64,000 nt of DNA from an uncultured beta proteobacterium (GCA_963780715.1 CAWADK010000002.1:21150-85149), one strand, 5' to 3'. Numbered from the stretch's first letter, positions 23,503 to 34,075 are shown. Program-made: numbers and translations. Notes: a model not told the origin generated them from the sequence alone.

Positions 23503-23755
23503 GGTGAAACGTCCTGGCTGTGCAATGAATCGAGCCGCTCAGTCTAATGGACCGCCTCGACTCAAGACCCCCTTGTTAGAATGCCTACTCATCGAACCTG
23601 CCCCGACATGACGAACACAACACGCCGGCCCCGCCTGCTGATTCCTCCGACCCTCGAGGTCGGGGGCCGCGTGCCCGCACGAATGTGCCCGCTGTCGTAC
23701 TGACAGCCCGCCGCGATTGCACTCGCGGCACGTCGCACATCGGAGCCTTGAAGCC

Positions 23756-25836
23756 ATGACCCGCCGCAGCCTCTTTGTCACCACCGCCCTGCCCTACGCC
23801 AACGGCCCGCTGCACGTCGGGCCACATCATGGAATACATCCAGGCCGACATCTGGGTGCGATTCCAGAAGATGCGCGGCCACGCCGTTCACTTCGTCGGC
23901 GCTGAAGACGCGCACGGCGCGCCGATCATGATTGCGGCCGAGCGGGCCGGAAAGACACCACAGCAGTTCATCGCCGATGTGCGCGCCACTCGGCCGCGTT
24001 ACCTCGACGGCTTCCACATCGGCTTCGACCACTGGCACACGACCGATTCGCCCGAGAACGTCGAGCTGTCGCAGTCGATTTACCGCGCCCTGAAGTCCGA
24101 CGGCCTCATCGATACGCGGACCATCGAGCAGTTCTACGATCCCGTGAAGGGCATGTTCCTGCCCGACCGCTACATCAAGGGCACTTGTCCCAAGTGTGGC
24201 GCGAAGGATCAGTACGGCGACAACTGCGAAGTGTGCGGCTCGACCTATGCGCCGACCGACCTGATCGAGCCCTATTCCGTGCTGACCGGTGCGCGACCGG
24301 AACTGCGCAGTTCAGAGCACTACTTCTTCCGCCTGGCGGATCCACGCTGTGTCGAGTTCCTGCGTGCATGGACCTCGGGCCGCAACCGGCACGGCGAGGC
24401 GCACCTGCAGCCGGAGGTCTATGCCAAGACGCAGGAGTGGCTGGGACCGGACGGCAAGGGTCTCGCGGACTGGGACATCTCGCGCGACGCGCCCTTTTTC
24501 GGCATCCCGATTCCGGACGCCGCCGACAAGTTCTTCTATGTCTGGTTCGACGCACCGATCGGCTACCTGGCGTCGCTCAAGGACTACTTCGCGAGCGGCA
24601 AGGCAAAGGCCAACGGCGAGCCGCGGAGCTTCGAGCGAATTCGTCACCGCCGCCGATGTCGAGCAGATCCACTTCGTCGGCAAGGACATCATTTATCACC
24701 ACACGCTGTTCTGGCCGGCGATGCTGCACTTCTCGGGCCGCAAGGTGCCGGACAACATCTACGTGCATGGATGGATCACTGTCAGCGGCGAGAAGATGAG
24801 CAAGAGCCGCGGCACCGGCATCGATCCGTTGCGTTATCTCGAACTCGGCATGAACCCCGAGTGGTTCCGCTACTACGTCGCCGCCAAGCTCAACGGACGC
24901 GTCGAGGACGTCGATTTCAACCCGGACGACTTCATGCAGCGGGTCAACAGCGACCTGATCGGCAAGTACGTCAACATCGCCAGCCGGGCGGCGAGCTTTT
25001 TGGTCCGCCAGTTCGATGGCCAGCTTGCACCGTCGGGTGATGCGTCCACTGGCAGCCTCGCGGTGGCGCTGGCCTCCGCCGACGACATCGCCATGCAACT
25101 CGACCAGCGCGAGTTCGGCAAGGCGCTGCGCGAAATCATGCGCATCGCCGACTACGCCAACGAGCACTTCGACCGCATGAAGCCATGGGAACTCGCCAAG
25201 GACCCGGCAAGCCGCGATCTGCTGCAGGGTGTCTGCAGCGATGTGCTGCGCTGCTTCCGCGTGCTGACGATCTACCTGACGCCGATCCTGCCCGCGACCT
25301 CCGAACGAGTCGCGCGCGAACTCTTCGGCATGAATCGGCCGTTCGCGTGGTCGGATCTCACCGCTGCTCCCGAACGCATCGCCCCTTACAAGCACCTGAT
25401 GACCCGCGTGGAAACCAAACAGATCGACGCCCTGTTCGAACCTCCCGCCGAGGCCGAGCCGGCCAAGCCCCTGCCGGGTGGCGCTGCCATTGCCGACACG
25501 ATCACGATCGACGACTTCGCCAAGCTCGACTTTCGCATCGCGAAGATCGTCACCGCATCGCACGTCGATGGCAGCGACAAGCTGCTCAAGCTGACGCTCG
25601 ACGCCGGCGAAGGGCGCGAGCGCACAGTCTTCTCGGGGATCAAGTCGGCCTACAAGCCGGAGGACCTGGTCGGGCGACTCACGGTGCTGGTCGCGAATCT
25701 CGCGCCGCGCAAGATGAAGTTCGGCGTCAGCGAAGGCATGGTGCTCGCCGCCAGCCACGCCGACGAAAAATCCAACCCCGGGATTTTTCTGCTCGATCCG
25801 CACCCGGGCGCGCAACCCGGCATGCGCGTCAAGTAG
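23756..25836 (+). CDS. metG: methionine--tRNA ligase; two frame breaks in this assembly
   Basis: ATG at 23756 gives [20 protein letters not shown]. It continues in ORF 23775..25040 (zinc knuckles CPKCG...CEVCG) and ORF 24289..25836 (KMSKS, C-terminal tRNA-binding domain). Breaks are at ~23819-23821 (GGG run) and ~24625-24640. Confidence 0.9.
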
Positions 25837-26093
25837 CGCTCTCCGCCTGACGCACGCCCCAGGCGCCTGCCGGGGGTAAAAGCGCCACCGCTCGAAACGG
25901 CCGGGCCGAGCACGTCTGCCCGATGGCCGCGCGTCAGCAGGCCTCCTAGGTTCCCGTGCAGGGCGATTGCCGCCGCGGCATCTGCCTCGTGCCCTGCCGC
26001 GGCTTGACCGCGATCAAACGCAGGTGCATCGCGCGGCAGTCATCGCCTTCAATTGCCAGTCGTTCGGCGACAATTCCGGCATTCGCTTTTGAT

Positions 26094-26116
26094 GCACATA
26101 TGATTAACATATGCGC
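26094..26116. promoter_or_regulatory. candidate operator: imperfect inverted repeat GCACATATG-ATTAA-CATATGCGC in an AT-rich patch
   Basis: 9-nt arms with 8/9 complementarity and a 5-nt spacer. It lies 26 nt upstream of the RHH gene start and is the only AT-rich stretch in the 305-nt metG/RHH intergenic region. Confidence 0.35.
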
Positions 26117-26141
26117 ACCTGACGATCGCTCATCAACCGCG

Positions 26142-26372
26142 ATGCCTGCCAAGACAGAGTCCAAGACTGCACGCCTGACGCTGCTGCTCGATCCGCGCAA
26201 GAAGGCGATGTTCGAGCAGATCTGCGCGGAGCACGACCTGACGCCGTCGCAGGTCGTGCGACAGCTGATCCGCGAGTACATCATCGAGCACTCGGGCAGC
26301 CGCCCACTGCCGCAGTGGCTGATCGTCGCGTCCAAACAGGCGAGCAACCGGCGCCGGACACACAAGCCGTGA
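26142..26372 (+). CDS. ribbon-helix-helix (CopG/Arc-like) small protein
   Basis: 76 aa from the internal ATG of ORF 25956..26372: MPAKTESKTARLTLLLDPRKKAMFEQICAEHDLTPSQVVRQLIREYI. This is a beta-strand followed by two helices. Its stop codon overlaps the GTG of the next gene. Confidence 0.65.
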   Translation: MPAKTESKTARLTLLLDPRKKAMFEQICAEHDLTPSQVVRQLIREYIIEHSGSRPLPQWLIVASKQASNRRRTHKP

Positions 26373-28388
26373 CTGCCCCGGCCGACTGGCTCGCCATCGA
26401 CTGGCTGCTGGCCGCGATCGCCGCGTGGATCGCCATCGGCGCGGCGGGCATGGTGCGGCCGCACGGCTTCTACGTCGTAGCGCGCATCCTTTTCCCGCTG
26501 GGCGCGCTGGTCAGCATCACCGTTGCCGTCTGCGCCGCGATCGCCGTGCGTCGGCACGCCTGAGACCGCCGTGCTGCCGCTGGGCCTGCCGGGCCTGCCG
26601 TTCCACCTTCGGCTCGACCCGCTGTCGGCTTTCTTTCTGCTGATCCTCGGCAGCGCCAGCGCCGGCGTCTCGGCCTTTGCTTCAGGCTACTTCCGCAAGG
26701 GCGAGGGCACGCCACCGGGGTTGCTGTGCCTGCTGTATCACCTGTTCCTCGCCAGCATGGCGATGGTGCTGCTGGCCGACGACGCCTATGTCTTCATGGT
26801 GATGTGGGAGCTGATGGCGCTGTCGTCGTTCTTCCTGGTGACAGCCAACCATGTGATTCCGGAAATCCGGCGCGCCGGCTACCTCTACCTGCTGATCGCG
26901 CACATCGGGGCGCTGGCGATCCTGCTCTGCTTCGGAGTGCTGCAAGCCAACACCGGGGACTACACCTTCGCCAACATGCGCGCGCAGGAGCTGACGCCGT
27001 TCTGGGCCTCGGTCGCATTCCTGCTGGCCTTCTTCGGCTTTGGTGCCAAGGCAGGCATCGTTCCGTTGCACATCTGGCTGCCCGAAGCGCACCCGGCGGC
27101 GCCCTCGCCGGTGTCGGCCCTGATGAGCGGAGTCATGCTGAAGACCGCCATCTATGGTCTGCTGCGCATCGGATTCGAAGTGCTGCAGACTCAACTCTGG
27201 TGGTGGGGCGTACTGGCACTGGCGATCGGGCTGGTGACGGCGCTCTTCGGCGTCGTCTTCGCCGCGATCCAGACGGACATGAAGCGCCTGCTGGCCTACT
27301 CATCGATCGAGAACATCGGGTTGCTCGTCGTCGGCATCGGACTGGCGATGCTCTTCGTCAGTTACGGCATGGCACCGATGGCGGCCCTCGCGCTCACCGC
27401 CGTGCTCTACCACGCGCTCAACCACGCGTTCTTCAAGAGCCTTCTCTTCCTCGGCACCGGCGCCGTGCTGCACGCCACGGGAGAGCGCAACCTCGGCAAG
27501 CTCGGCGGCCTGCTGCGCTTCATGCCGTGGGTCGGCTGGCTCTCGCTCGCAGGCGCGCTGGCCGCGGCCGGCCTGCCGCCGCTGAACGGCTTCGTGTCCG
27601 AGTGGCTGCTGCTGCAGAGTTTCCTCTTCACGCTCGGCCTCAAGAGCACGTTCGTCAACAACCTCGTGCCCGTCGTCGCGGCGGGTATTGCGCTGGTCGC
27701 CGCGATCGGCGGCTATGTGATGGTGAAATTCTTCGGTGTGATCTTCCTGGGACAGCCGCGCGAGGCGCGGCTCGCGGCTTCGCATGACGCCGTCTCGTGG
27801 GAGCGGGCCGGACTCGTGTGGCTGGCGATCGGCTGTGTCGCACTCGGCCTGTTCCCCGCCCAGGTCATTGCGCTGATCGACCCGGTCACACGGACTCTGG
27901 TCGGCGACGGCATCGGTCCGCAGGTTGCGGCCCACGGGTGGCTCATCCTCGCCCCGGTCGACCCGGACCGTGCCAGCTACAGCCCGTTGCTGTTCCTGCT
28001 GCTGATGGCGACGAGCTTCGCACTCGCGTTCGTGCTCGTGCGCTGGCTCTACCACGGTCGCGTGCGGCGCGCCGCGCCGTGGGACTGTGGCTACCCGCTG
28101 CAGACCGCGCGCATGCAGGACACCGCCGAGGGCTTCGGGCAGCCGATCCGCCAGGTGTTCGAACCTTTCTTCCGCATCGAGCGGCACCTGCCGACTCCCT
28201 TCGACAAGCAGCCCTACTACCACCTCGCCGCGGGCGATCACTTCTGGCACTGGCTGTATCTGCCGGTGGCGCGCCTGACGGAGGCGACGTCGCGCGTGGT
28301 CGGAATGCTGCAGCAAGGCCGGATCTCGACCTACCTGATGTACAGCTTCGTCACGCTGCTCGTGATGCTCGTGCTGGTGTTCCGATGA
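26369..28388 (+). CDS. hyfB: HyfB-like (NuoL-type) antiporter-like membrane subunit; one frame break
   Basis: GTG at 26369 (VTAPADWLAIDWLLAAIAAWIAIG...) joins ORF 26523..28388 near 26550. About 672 aa, the same as E. coli HyfB, with proton-translocating subunit motifs (WLPEAHPAAPSPVSALMSGVMLK). Confidence 0.85.
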
Positions 28389-29332
28389 CCGTCTACAACG
28401 TCATTGCCCAGGTGCTCGCGATCCTGCTCGCGGTGCTCGGCGCGCCCTTGCTCACCGGGTGGGTCAACCAGTGCCGCGCCTGGCTGCAGAACAAGAGCGC
28501 ACCGCCGCTGCTGCTGCCCTACCGGACGCTGCACAAGCTGTTCTGGAAGGAATCGGTCGTCGCCGAGAACGCGAGTCCGCTGTTCCGCATCGCGCCCTAC
28601 ATCATCTTCGGTGCGATGGTCCTCGCCTGCAGCATCGTACCCATCCTGTCGACGGATCTCCTGCTCGCTCCGGCCGCCGACGCGATCGCGCTGGTGGGAC
28701 TTTTCGCGCTGGCACGGGCCTTCATCGCGCTGGCCGCGATGGACATCGGCACCGCGTTCGGCACGCTCGGGGCGCGCCGCGAGATGCTGGTCGGCTTTCT
28801 TGCCGAACCAGCGCTGCTGATGGTGCTCTTCACCGCGGCGTTCCTGACACAGTCGACGTCGCTCGCCAACATCGTCGAAACGATCGCCAACCAGCCGTTC
28901 GCGATCTACCCGAGCCTGGCCTTCGCAGGGGTGGCCTTCACGATGGTGGCGCTGGCTGAAAACGCCCGCGTTCCGGTCGACAACCCGGCGACGCACCTCG
29001 AACTGACGATGATCCACGAGGCGATGATCCTCGAGTACTCCGGCCGCCACCTGGCACTCGTTGAGTGGGCCGCAAGCCTGAAACTCTTCGCCTACTCGAG
29101 CATCGGGCTTGCGATCTTCTTCCCATGGGGCATTGCGCACGGACACGATCCGCTCGGCATGCTGCTGGCAGCACCGGCCCTGATCCTGAAGCTCGCGGTC
29201 GGCGGCGCGGTGCTGGCGCTGATCGAGACCTTGTCCGCCAAGATGCGGATCTTCCGCGTACCCGAATTTCTCGCCGGCGCCTTCCTGCTGGCAGTGATCG
29301 GCATCCTCGTGCACTTCCTGCTCGGAGCCTAG
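28385..29332 (+). CDS. hyfC: HyfC/HycD-like (NuoH-type) membrane subunit
   Basis: 315 aa from MTVYNVIAQVLAILLAVLGAPLLTGWVNQ; contains ENARVPVDNPATHLELTMIHEAMILEYSG; ATGA overlap with the previous gene. Confidence 0.85.
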   Translation: MTVYNVIAQVLAILLAVLGAPLLTGWVNQCRAWLQNKSAPPLLLPYRTLHKLFWKESVVAENASPLFRIAPYIIFGAMVLACSIVPILSTDLLLAPAADAIALVGLFALARAFIALAAMDIGTAFGTLGARREMLVGFLAEPALLMVLFTAAFLTQSTSLANIVETIANQPFAIYPSLAFAGVAFTMVALAENARVPVDNPATHLELTMIHEAMILEYSGRHLALVEWAASLKLFAYSSIGLAIFFPWGIAHGHDPLGMLLAAPALILKLAVGGAVLALIETLSAKMRIFRVPEFLAGAFLLAVIGILVHFLLGA

Positions 29333-29338
29333 GTCACG

Positions 29339-29998
29339 ATGCCAAGTCTGGTTACGCAGCTGATCAACCTGTTCGCGGCGGTGCTGCTGCTGCTGTCGTT
29401 CGGGCTGCTGGCGCAGCGTCGCGTGCTGTCGCTGATTCATCTCTTCACGCTGCAGGGTCTCGTGCTGGCGGCGTCGACGACCACCATGGCCTACTTCACC
29501 GGCCAGCCGCACCTGTACTGGTCCGCCGCGATCACGCTCGTGCTGAAGGTCTTCCTGATGCCGTGGCTGCTGCACCGGATGATCGAGCGGCTGAATGTGC
29601 GCTGGGACGTCGAGACGCTGATCAACATCCCGACCACGATGCTGATCGGCATCGTGCTGGTCATCTTCTCCTTCAACCTCGCGCTGCCGATTTCCGGACT
29701 GTCGCAGTCGGTGGCGCGCGGCACGCTCGGCATCGCGCTCGCCTGCGTGCTGCTGTCGTTCCTGATGATGATCACGCGCACCAAGGCGATCCCGCAGGTG
29801 ATCGGCTTCCTCGCGATGGAAAACGCGCTGTTCTTCGCCGCGACCAGCGCCACCTACGGCATGCCCATGGTGGTCGAACTCGGCATCGCGCTCGACGTGC
29901 TGGTGGCGCTGATCATCCTCGGCGTGTTCATGTTCCAGATCCGCGAGCAGTTCGACAGCCTCGACATCCGGCATCTCGAGAAGCTGAAGGAAGAGTGA
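29339..29998 (+). CDS. hyfE: HyfE-like (NuoK/J-type) membrane subunit
   Basis: 219-aa polytopic ORF (E. coli HyfE has 216 aa). Its stop overlaps the next start. Confidence 0.8.
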   Translation: MPSLVTQLINLFAAVLLLLSFGLLAQRRVLSLIHLFTLQGLVLAASTTTMAYFTGQPHLYWSAAITLVLKVFLMPWLLHRMIERLNVRWDVETLINIPTTMLIGIVLVIFSFNLALPISGLSQSVARGTLGIALACVLLSFLMMITRTKAIPQVIGFLAMENALFFAATSATYGMPMVVELGIALDVLVALIILGVFMFQIREQFDSLDIRHLEKLKEE

Positions 29999-31456
29999 TG
30001 GAAGCGCTGCTCGCCATCCTCGGAATCCCGCTCGTCGGCGCCGCCGTCCTGGGCCTCATCGGCCACCAGGACCGTGCCTCGGAAGTCAACGTGGCCTTCA
30101 GCCTGGCCACCTTCATCGCCGCGGCGGTGCTGACGATCCAGATCATCGCCGACGGACCGATCCTCGTGCTGCACGAACAGTTCTTCGTCGACTCGCTGAA
30201 CGTCTTCCTGGTGGCGCTGACGGCGCTGGTTGCCTTCACCACGGCGCTCTTCGCACGCCCCTACATGCGCATCGAGCGCGACCACGGCAAGATGACCCCG
30301 CCGCGCATGCGGCTCTTCCACAGCATGTACCAGCTCTTCAGCTTCACGATGCTGCTGGCGCTGACGACCAACAACATGGGGCTGCTGTGGGTCGCGATGG
30401 AGGCGGCCACGCTGGCCACCGTGCTGCTGGTGGCCGTCTACCGCACGCCGGCCAGCCTCGAGGCCGCCTGGAAGTACTTCATCCTGTGCGGCGTCGGCAT
30501 CGCGCAGGCGCTGTTCGGCACGATCCTGCTTTACCTCGCGGCCGAACGCGTCATCGGCGCCGAGGGCCGCGGCCTGCTCTGGACCTATCTCGATGTGGCG
30601 AAAGGGCAACTCGAACCCACGGTGATCTCGCTGGCGTTCGTGTTCCTGCTGGTGGGATACGGCACCAAGGTCGGCCTCGCGCCGCTGCACAACTGGCTGC
30701 CCGATGCGCACGCAGAAGGCCCGACGCCGATTTCTGCCGTTCTCTCTGGCCTGCTGCTGAACGTCGCGCTCTACGCCGTACTGCGTTGCAAGGTGCTGAC
30801 CGACGGTGCACTCGGCACCCGCTTCGCCGGCGACCTGATGATGGGCTTCGGCCTGCTCTCGGTGGTGCTGGCGGCGTTCTTCATCTCGCGCCAGCGCGAC
30901 ATCAAGCGCATGTTCGCGTACTCGTCGATCGAGCACATGGGACTGATCACCTTCGCCTTCGGCATGGGCGGCCCGATCGCGAGCTTCGCCGGGCTGTTGC
31001 ACATGACCGTGCATTCGCTGGTGAAGTCCGCCATCTTCTTCGCGGTCGGCCACGCAGCGCAGAAGGCCGGCACGCAGGTGATGGACCAGATCCGCGGCTT
31101 GATCCGCGTGAATCCCACCGTCGGCTGGGGCCTGATGGTGGGCACGCTGGCGATCCTCGGCATGCCGCCCTTTGGCGTGTTCGCCAGCGAGTTCCTGATC
31201 CTGACCACGGCGATGCGCGAGTTCCCGTGGACCACGCCGTTCCTTCTGCTGGCACTTGGCGTTGCCTTTGCGGCAGTGCTGTCGAAGGTGCAGCCGATGG
31301 TCTTCGGCGAAACCACCGTGAAGCCGCTGGCGCATCCGCCGGCGCTGGTGCCGGTCTTCGTGCACCTCGGCCTGGCGCTGTCTGCTGGGCCTGTACATCC
31401 CGCCGTATCTCGAAGGCTGGTATCAGCAGGCGGCTCGCCTGGTCGCCGGAGGCTGA
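29998..31456 (+). CDS. hyfF: HyfF-like (NuoN/M-type) antiporter-like subunit; one frame break near the 3' end
   Basis: MEALLAILGIPLVGAAVLG... lies within ORF 29065..32130. After ~31380 the sensible C-terminus (LLGLYIPPYLEGWYQQAARLVAGG*) is in another frame and ends at the TGA at 31454-31456. Confidence 0.85.
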
Positions 31457-31459
31457 ACG

Positions 31460-33019
31460 ATGACCCGGCTGCAGACCGAATCCGGCGAACTCACGTTCGA
31501 GCACATCCGCGGTGCCGCGCCGGTCGGCTGGACAACCGTGGACACCGCGCAGTGGCGCGCGGCCGCGCAGGCGCTGGCGCGCGAGGGTGCCACGCTCGTT
31601 TCGCTGTGGGGCTCGGACCGGCACGATCTGGGCGATGGCCTGGCCATCATGGCGGCGTACTCGCGCGGCGACCGGTTGCTGTGCGCGCGCCTGCTGCTCC
31701 GTGCGAGTCCCTACGAATTTCCCTCGATCAGCGACGAGTTCCCGGCCGCCAATCGAATGCAGCGTGCACTTTACGACCTGCTCGGCGCCCGCGCACTGGG
31801 CGATGGCGACGAGCGCACGTGGCTGCGCCAAGGCGCCTGGCCGGCGGACTTCTTCCCACTGAGGCGCGACGCCGATGGCGCCCGTTCCTTCGCGTCGGAG
31901 CAGGAACACTACGCATTCGTTCCGGTGACCGGCGACGGCGTGCACGAGATCCCGGTCGGTCCGGTACATGCCGGCATCATCGAGCCGGGTCACTTCCGCT
32001 TCTCCGTGGTCGGCGAAAAGGTGCTGCGACTCGAGGAGCGCCTGGGTTTCGTGCACAAGGGCATCGACAAGCGCTTCGAGGGCATGCCACTGGACGACGC
32101 GGTCCGCCTCGCGGGGCGCGTGTCGGGTGACTCGACGGTCGCTTATGCCTGGGCGTATTCGATGGCGGTGGAGTCTGCCGCTGGCGTGACCGTCCCCGCG
32201 CGCGCGGCCTGGCTGCGGGCGCTATTGCTGGAACGCGAGCGCGTCGGCAACCATCTCGGTGATCTCGGCGCACTCGGCAACGACGCGGCGCTCGCCGTCG
32301 GGCTCGCTCACTTTTCGAGGTTGCGCGAACGGTGGCTGCGGGCCAATGACGAAGCCTTCGGCCATCGCCTGATGATGGATTGCATCATCCCCGGCGGCAT
32401 ACGGTCCGACCCCGACGCCGGCGGGCTCGAGCAGCTACGGCGTCAGTGCAGCGAACTCGCCGCCGAGGTGATGACGTTGCGCACGATCTACGACGAGCAC
32501 CCCGGACTGCAGGATCGCTTCCTGAACACCGGCGTGGTCACACCGGAACTCGCGGCGCAACTCGGTCTGCGTGGTCTCGCCGGACGCGCCAGCGGCCAGG
32601 CGCGCGATGTGCGCGTCGATGCGCGACCGGCACCTTACGATGCACTCGACGTCAAGGCCGCGGCGGACCGACGTGGCGACGTCGCGGCCCGCGTAGCGGT
32701 CCGCTTCGATGAAATATTCGAGTCGCTGCGGCTGATCGAGATCATCGTGCAAAGGCTCCCGGCGGGCGATGTGCACTGTGCGATTCCGCCAGTGGCCAGC
32801 GACGGCGTGCTCGGCGTCGGCTGGGTGGAAGGCTGGCGCGGCGACGTACTGGCCGCGGTGGAGGTGGCGACGGACGGACGCCTGCGGCGCTGCCATTGCC
32901 ACGATCCGTCCTGGCAGAACTGGCCGGTGCTCGAACACGCGGTGATCGGCAACATCGTTCCCGACTTTCCGCTGATCAACAAATCCTTCAACCTGAGCTA
33001 CTCCGGAGTGGACCGCTGA
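31460..33019 (+). CDS. NuoC-NuoD fusion / group-4 [NiFe]-hydrogenase large-subunit homologue lacking all Ni-Fe cysteine ligands (Ehr-type)
   Basis: 519 aa, colinear with HycE/HyfG. The L1 motif RxCGxCxxxH reads RVSGDSTVAY (32117-32146). The L2 motif DPCxxCxxR reads NLSYSGVDR (32990-33016), and the protein ends at that Arg. Confidence 0.9.
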   Translation: MTRLQTESGELTFEHIRGAAPVGWTTVDTAQWRAAAQALAREGATLVSLWGSDRHDLGDGLAIMAAYSRGDRLLCARLLLRASPYEFPSISDEFPAANRMQRALYDLLGARALGDGDERTWLRQGAWPADFFPLRRDADGARSFASEQEHYAFVPVTGDGVHEIPVGPVHAGIIEPGHFRFSVVGEKVLRLEERLGFVHKGIDKRFEGMPLDDAVRLAGRVSGDSTVAYAWAYSMAVESAAGVTVPARAAWLRALLLERERVGNHLGDLGALGNDAALAVGLAHFSRLRERWLRANDEAFGHRLMMDCIIPGGIRSDPDAGGLEQLRRQCSELAAEVMTLRTIYDEHPGLQDRFLNTGVVTPELAAQLGLRGLAGRASGQARDVRVDARPAPYDALDVKAAADRRGDVAARVAVRFDEIFESLRLIEIIVQRLPAGDVHCAIPPVASDGVLGVGWVEGWRGDVLAAVEVATDGRLRRCHCHDPSWQNWPVLEHAVIGNIVPDFPLINKSFNLSYSGVDR

Positions 33020-33534
33020 TGCTGCTGCTGGCCCGACAGATACTCAGGACGGGCATCTGCACCGAGCCGTCGCCCGAGCCAAACGACGACTGGCGCGTGG
33101 CCGGCGAGCGGATCCAGGCCGACGTCCTGGCGCTGCTGGGCCGCGCGCTGGCGATCCGGCAGGTCGATGCCGGGTCGTGCAACGGCTGTGAACTCGAAAT
33201 CCATGCGCTCAACAATCCCTACTACAACCTTGAAGGCCGCGGGCTGCACTTCGTGGCGAGTCCACGTCACGCCGACATGCTGCTGGTCACCGGCCCGGTG
33301 GCGCGCAACATGCGGGTCGCGCTGGAGCGCACCTACGAGGCCGTGCCCGAGCCGAAGCTGGTCGTGGCGATCGGTGACTGCGGCTGCAACGGCGGCATCT
33401 TTGGCGAGAGTTATGCCAGTTGCGGCAAGGTTGCCAATGTCATTCCGGTCGATGTCGCCGTACCCGGGTGTCCGCCGCGGCCACTGGAAATTCTGCGCGG
33501 CATCCTGACTGCCGTGCATCGCCTGAAGGCTTGA
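33019..33534 (+). CDS. NuoB/HycG-type small subunit with [4Fe-4S] ligands retained
   Basis: 171 aa from MLLLARQ (residue 42 of ORF 32896..33534). Cysteine motifs are GSCNGCE, GDCGCNGG and PGCPP. ATGA-type overlap with the large subunit. Confidence 0.85.
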   Translation: MLLLARQILRTGICTEPSPEPNDDWRVAGERIQADVLALLGRALAIRQVDAGSCNGCELEIHALNNPYYNLEGRGLHFVASPRHADMLLVTGPVARNMRVALERTYEAVPEPKLVVAIGDCGCNGGIFGESYASCGKVANVIPVDVAVPGCPPRPLEILRGILTAVHRLKA

Positions 33535-33565
33535 GCCGGACGCCGCCCCCCGTTTTGCACGCGTC

Positions 33566-34075
33566 TCAGCGGCCACCGGTGCGACGTGGATCTTCCTCGA
33601 TCGCCGTCGACACCACCTGCCCCGCGGCGTTGAACATCACGACGAACATGCGCGTCTCGGCTCCGTCGTTGAAGCGCCATTCCCAGGCGGTCTCCTGCTT
33701 GAGCTTGTACTCCTGCTCGCGGCCCGGACGGCCGATGACCGCCAGCACATCCGCCTGGCGCTGCCCGGGCTGGATACGGCCGAAGTTCTGGCGCGTCAGC
33801 AGGTCCTCGCGGCCCTGGTACTTGCCGTCGGCACCGATCCTGATCAGCAGCGTGTGTGCGCCCTCGGGGCCGAGCGGATAGACAAGACCCTTGCCGCCGC
33901 CGACCGTGCGCTCGGATTCCGGCGCTCCGAACAGCTTGCGCACGTCCTGCTCGGTTGACTCGCCCGGTTTCAGCCGCGCCAGGCGCAGATCCTCGTAGAC
34001 CTGTCCGCTCGGATCGCAGGCCGACAAGCTGAGCAGCGCCCCGGCTGCCGCCAACGCACGTGCCATCCATCCCAT
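33566..34075 (-). CDS. BamE/SmpA-OmlA-like lipoprotein
   Basis: Start at MGWMARALAAAGALLSLSAC (lipobox LSAC), followed by two OmlA-like segments (...GESTEQDVRKLFGAPE..., ...QPGQRQADVLAVIGRPG...). Confidence 0.6.
   Translation of the reverse strand: MGWMARALAAAGALLSLSACDPSGQVYEDLRLARLKPGESTEQDVRKLFGAPESERTVGGGKGLVYPLGPEGAHTLLIRIGADGKYQGREDLLTRQNFGRIQPGQRQADVLAVIGRPGREQEYKLKQETAWEWRFNDGAETRMFVVMFNAAGQVVSTAIEEDPRRTGGR

Noticed and set aside
26369-33534. Calling the operon hydrogenase-4 or formate hydrogenlyase.
   Set aside because: The large subunit lacks every Ni-Fe cysteine ligand. No formate dehydrogenase, HyfA/H-type ferredoxin or hyp/hycI genes accompany it in this window.
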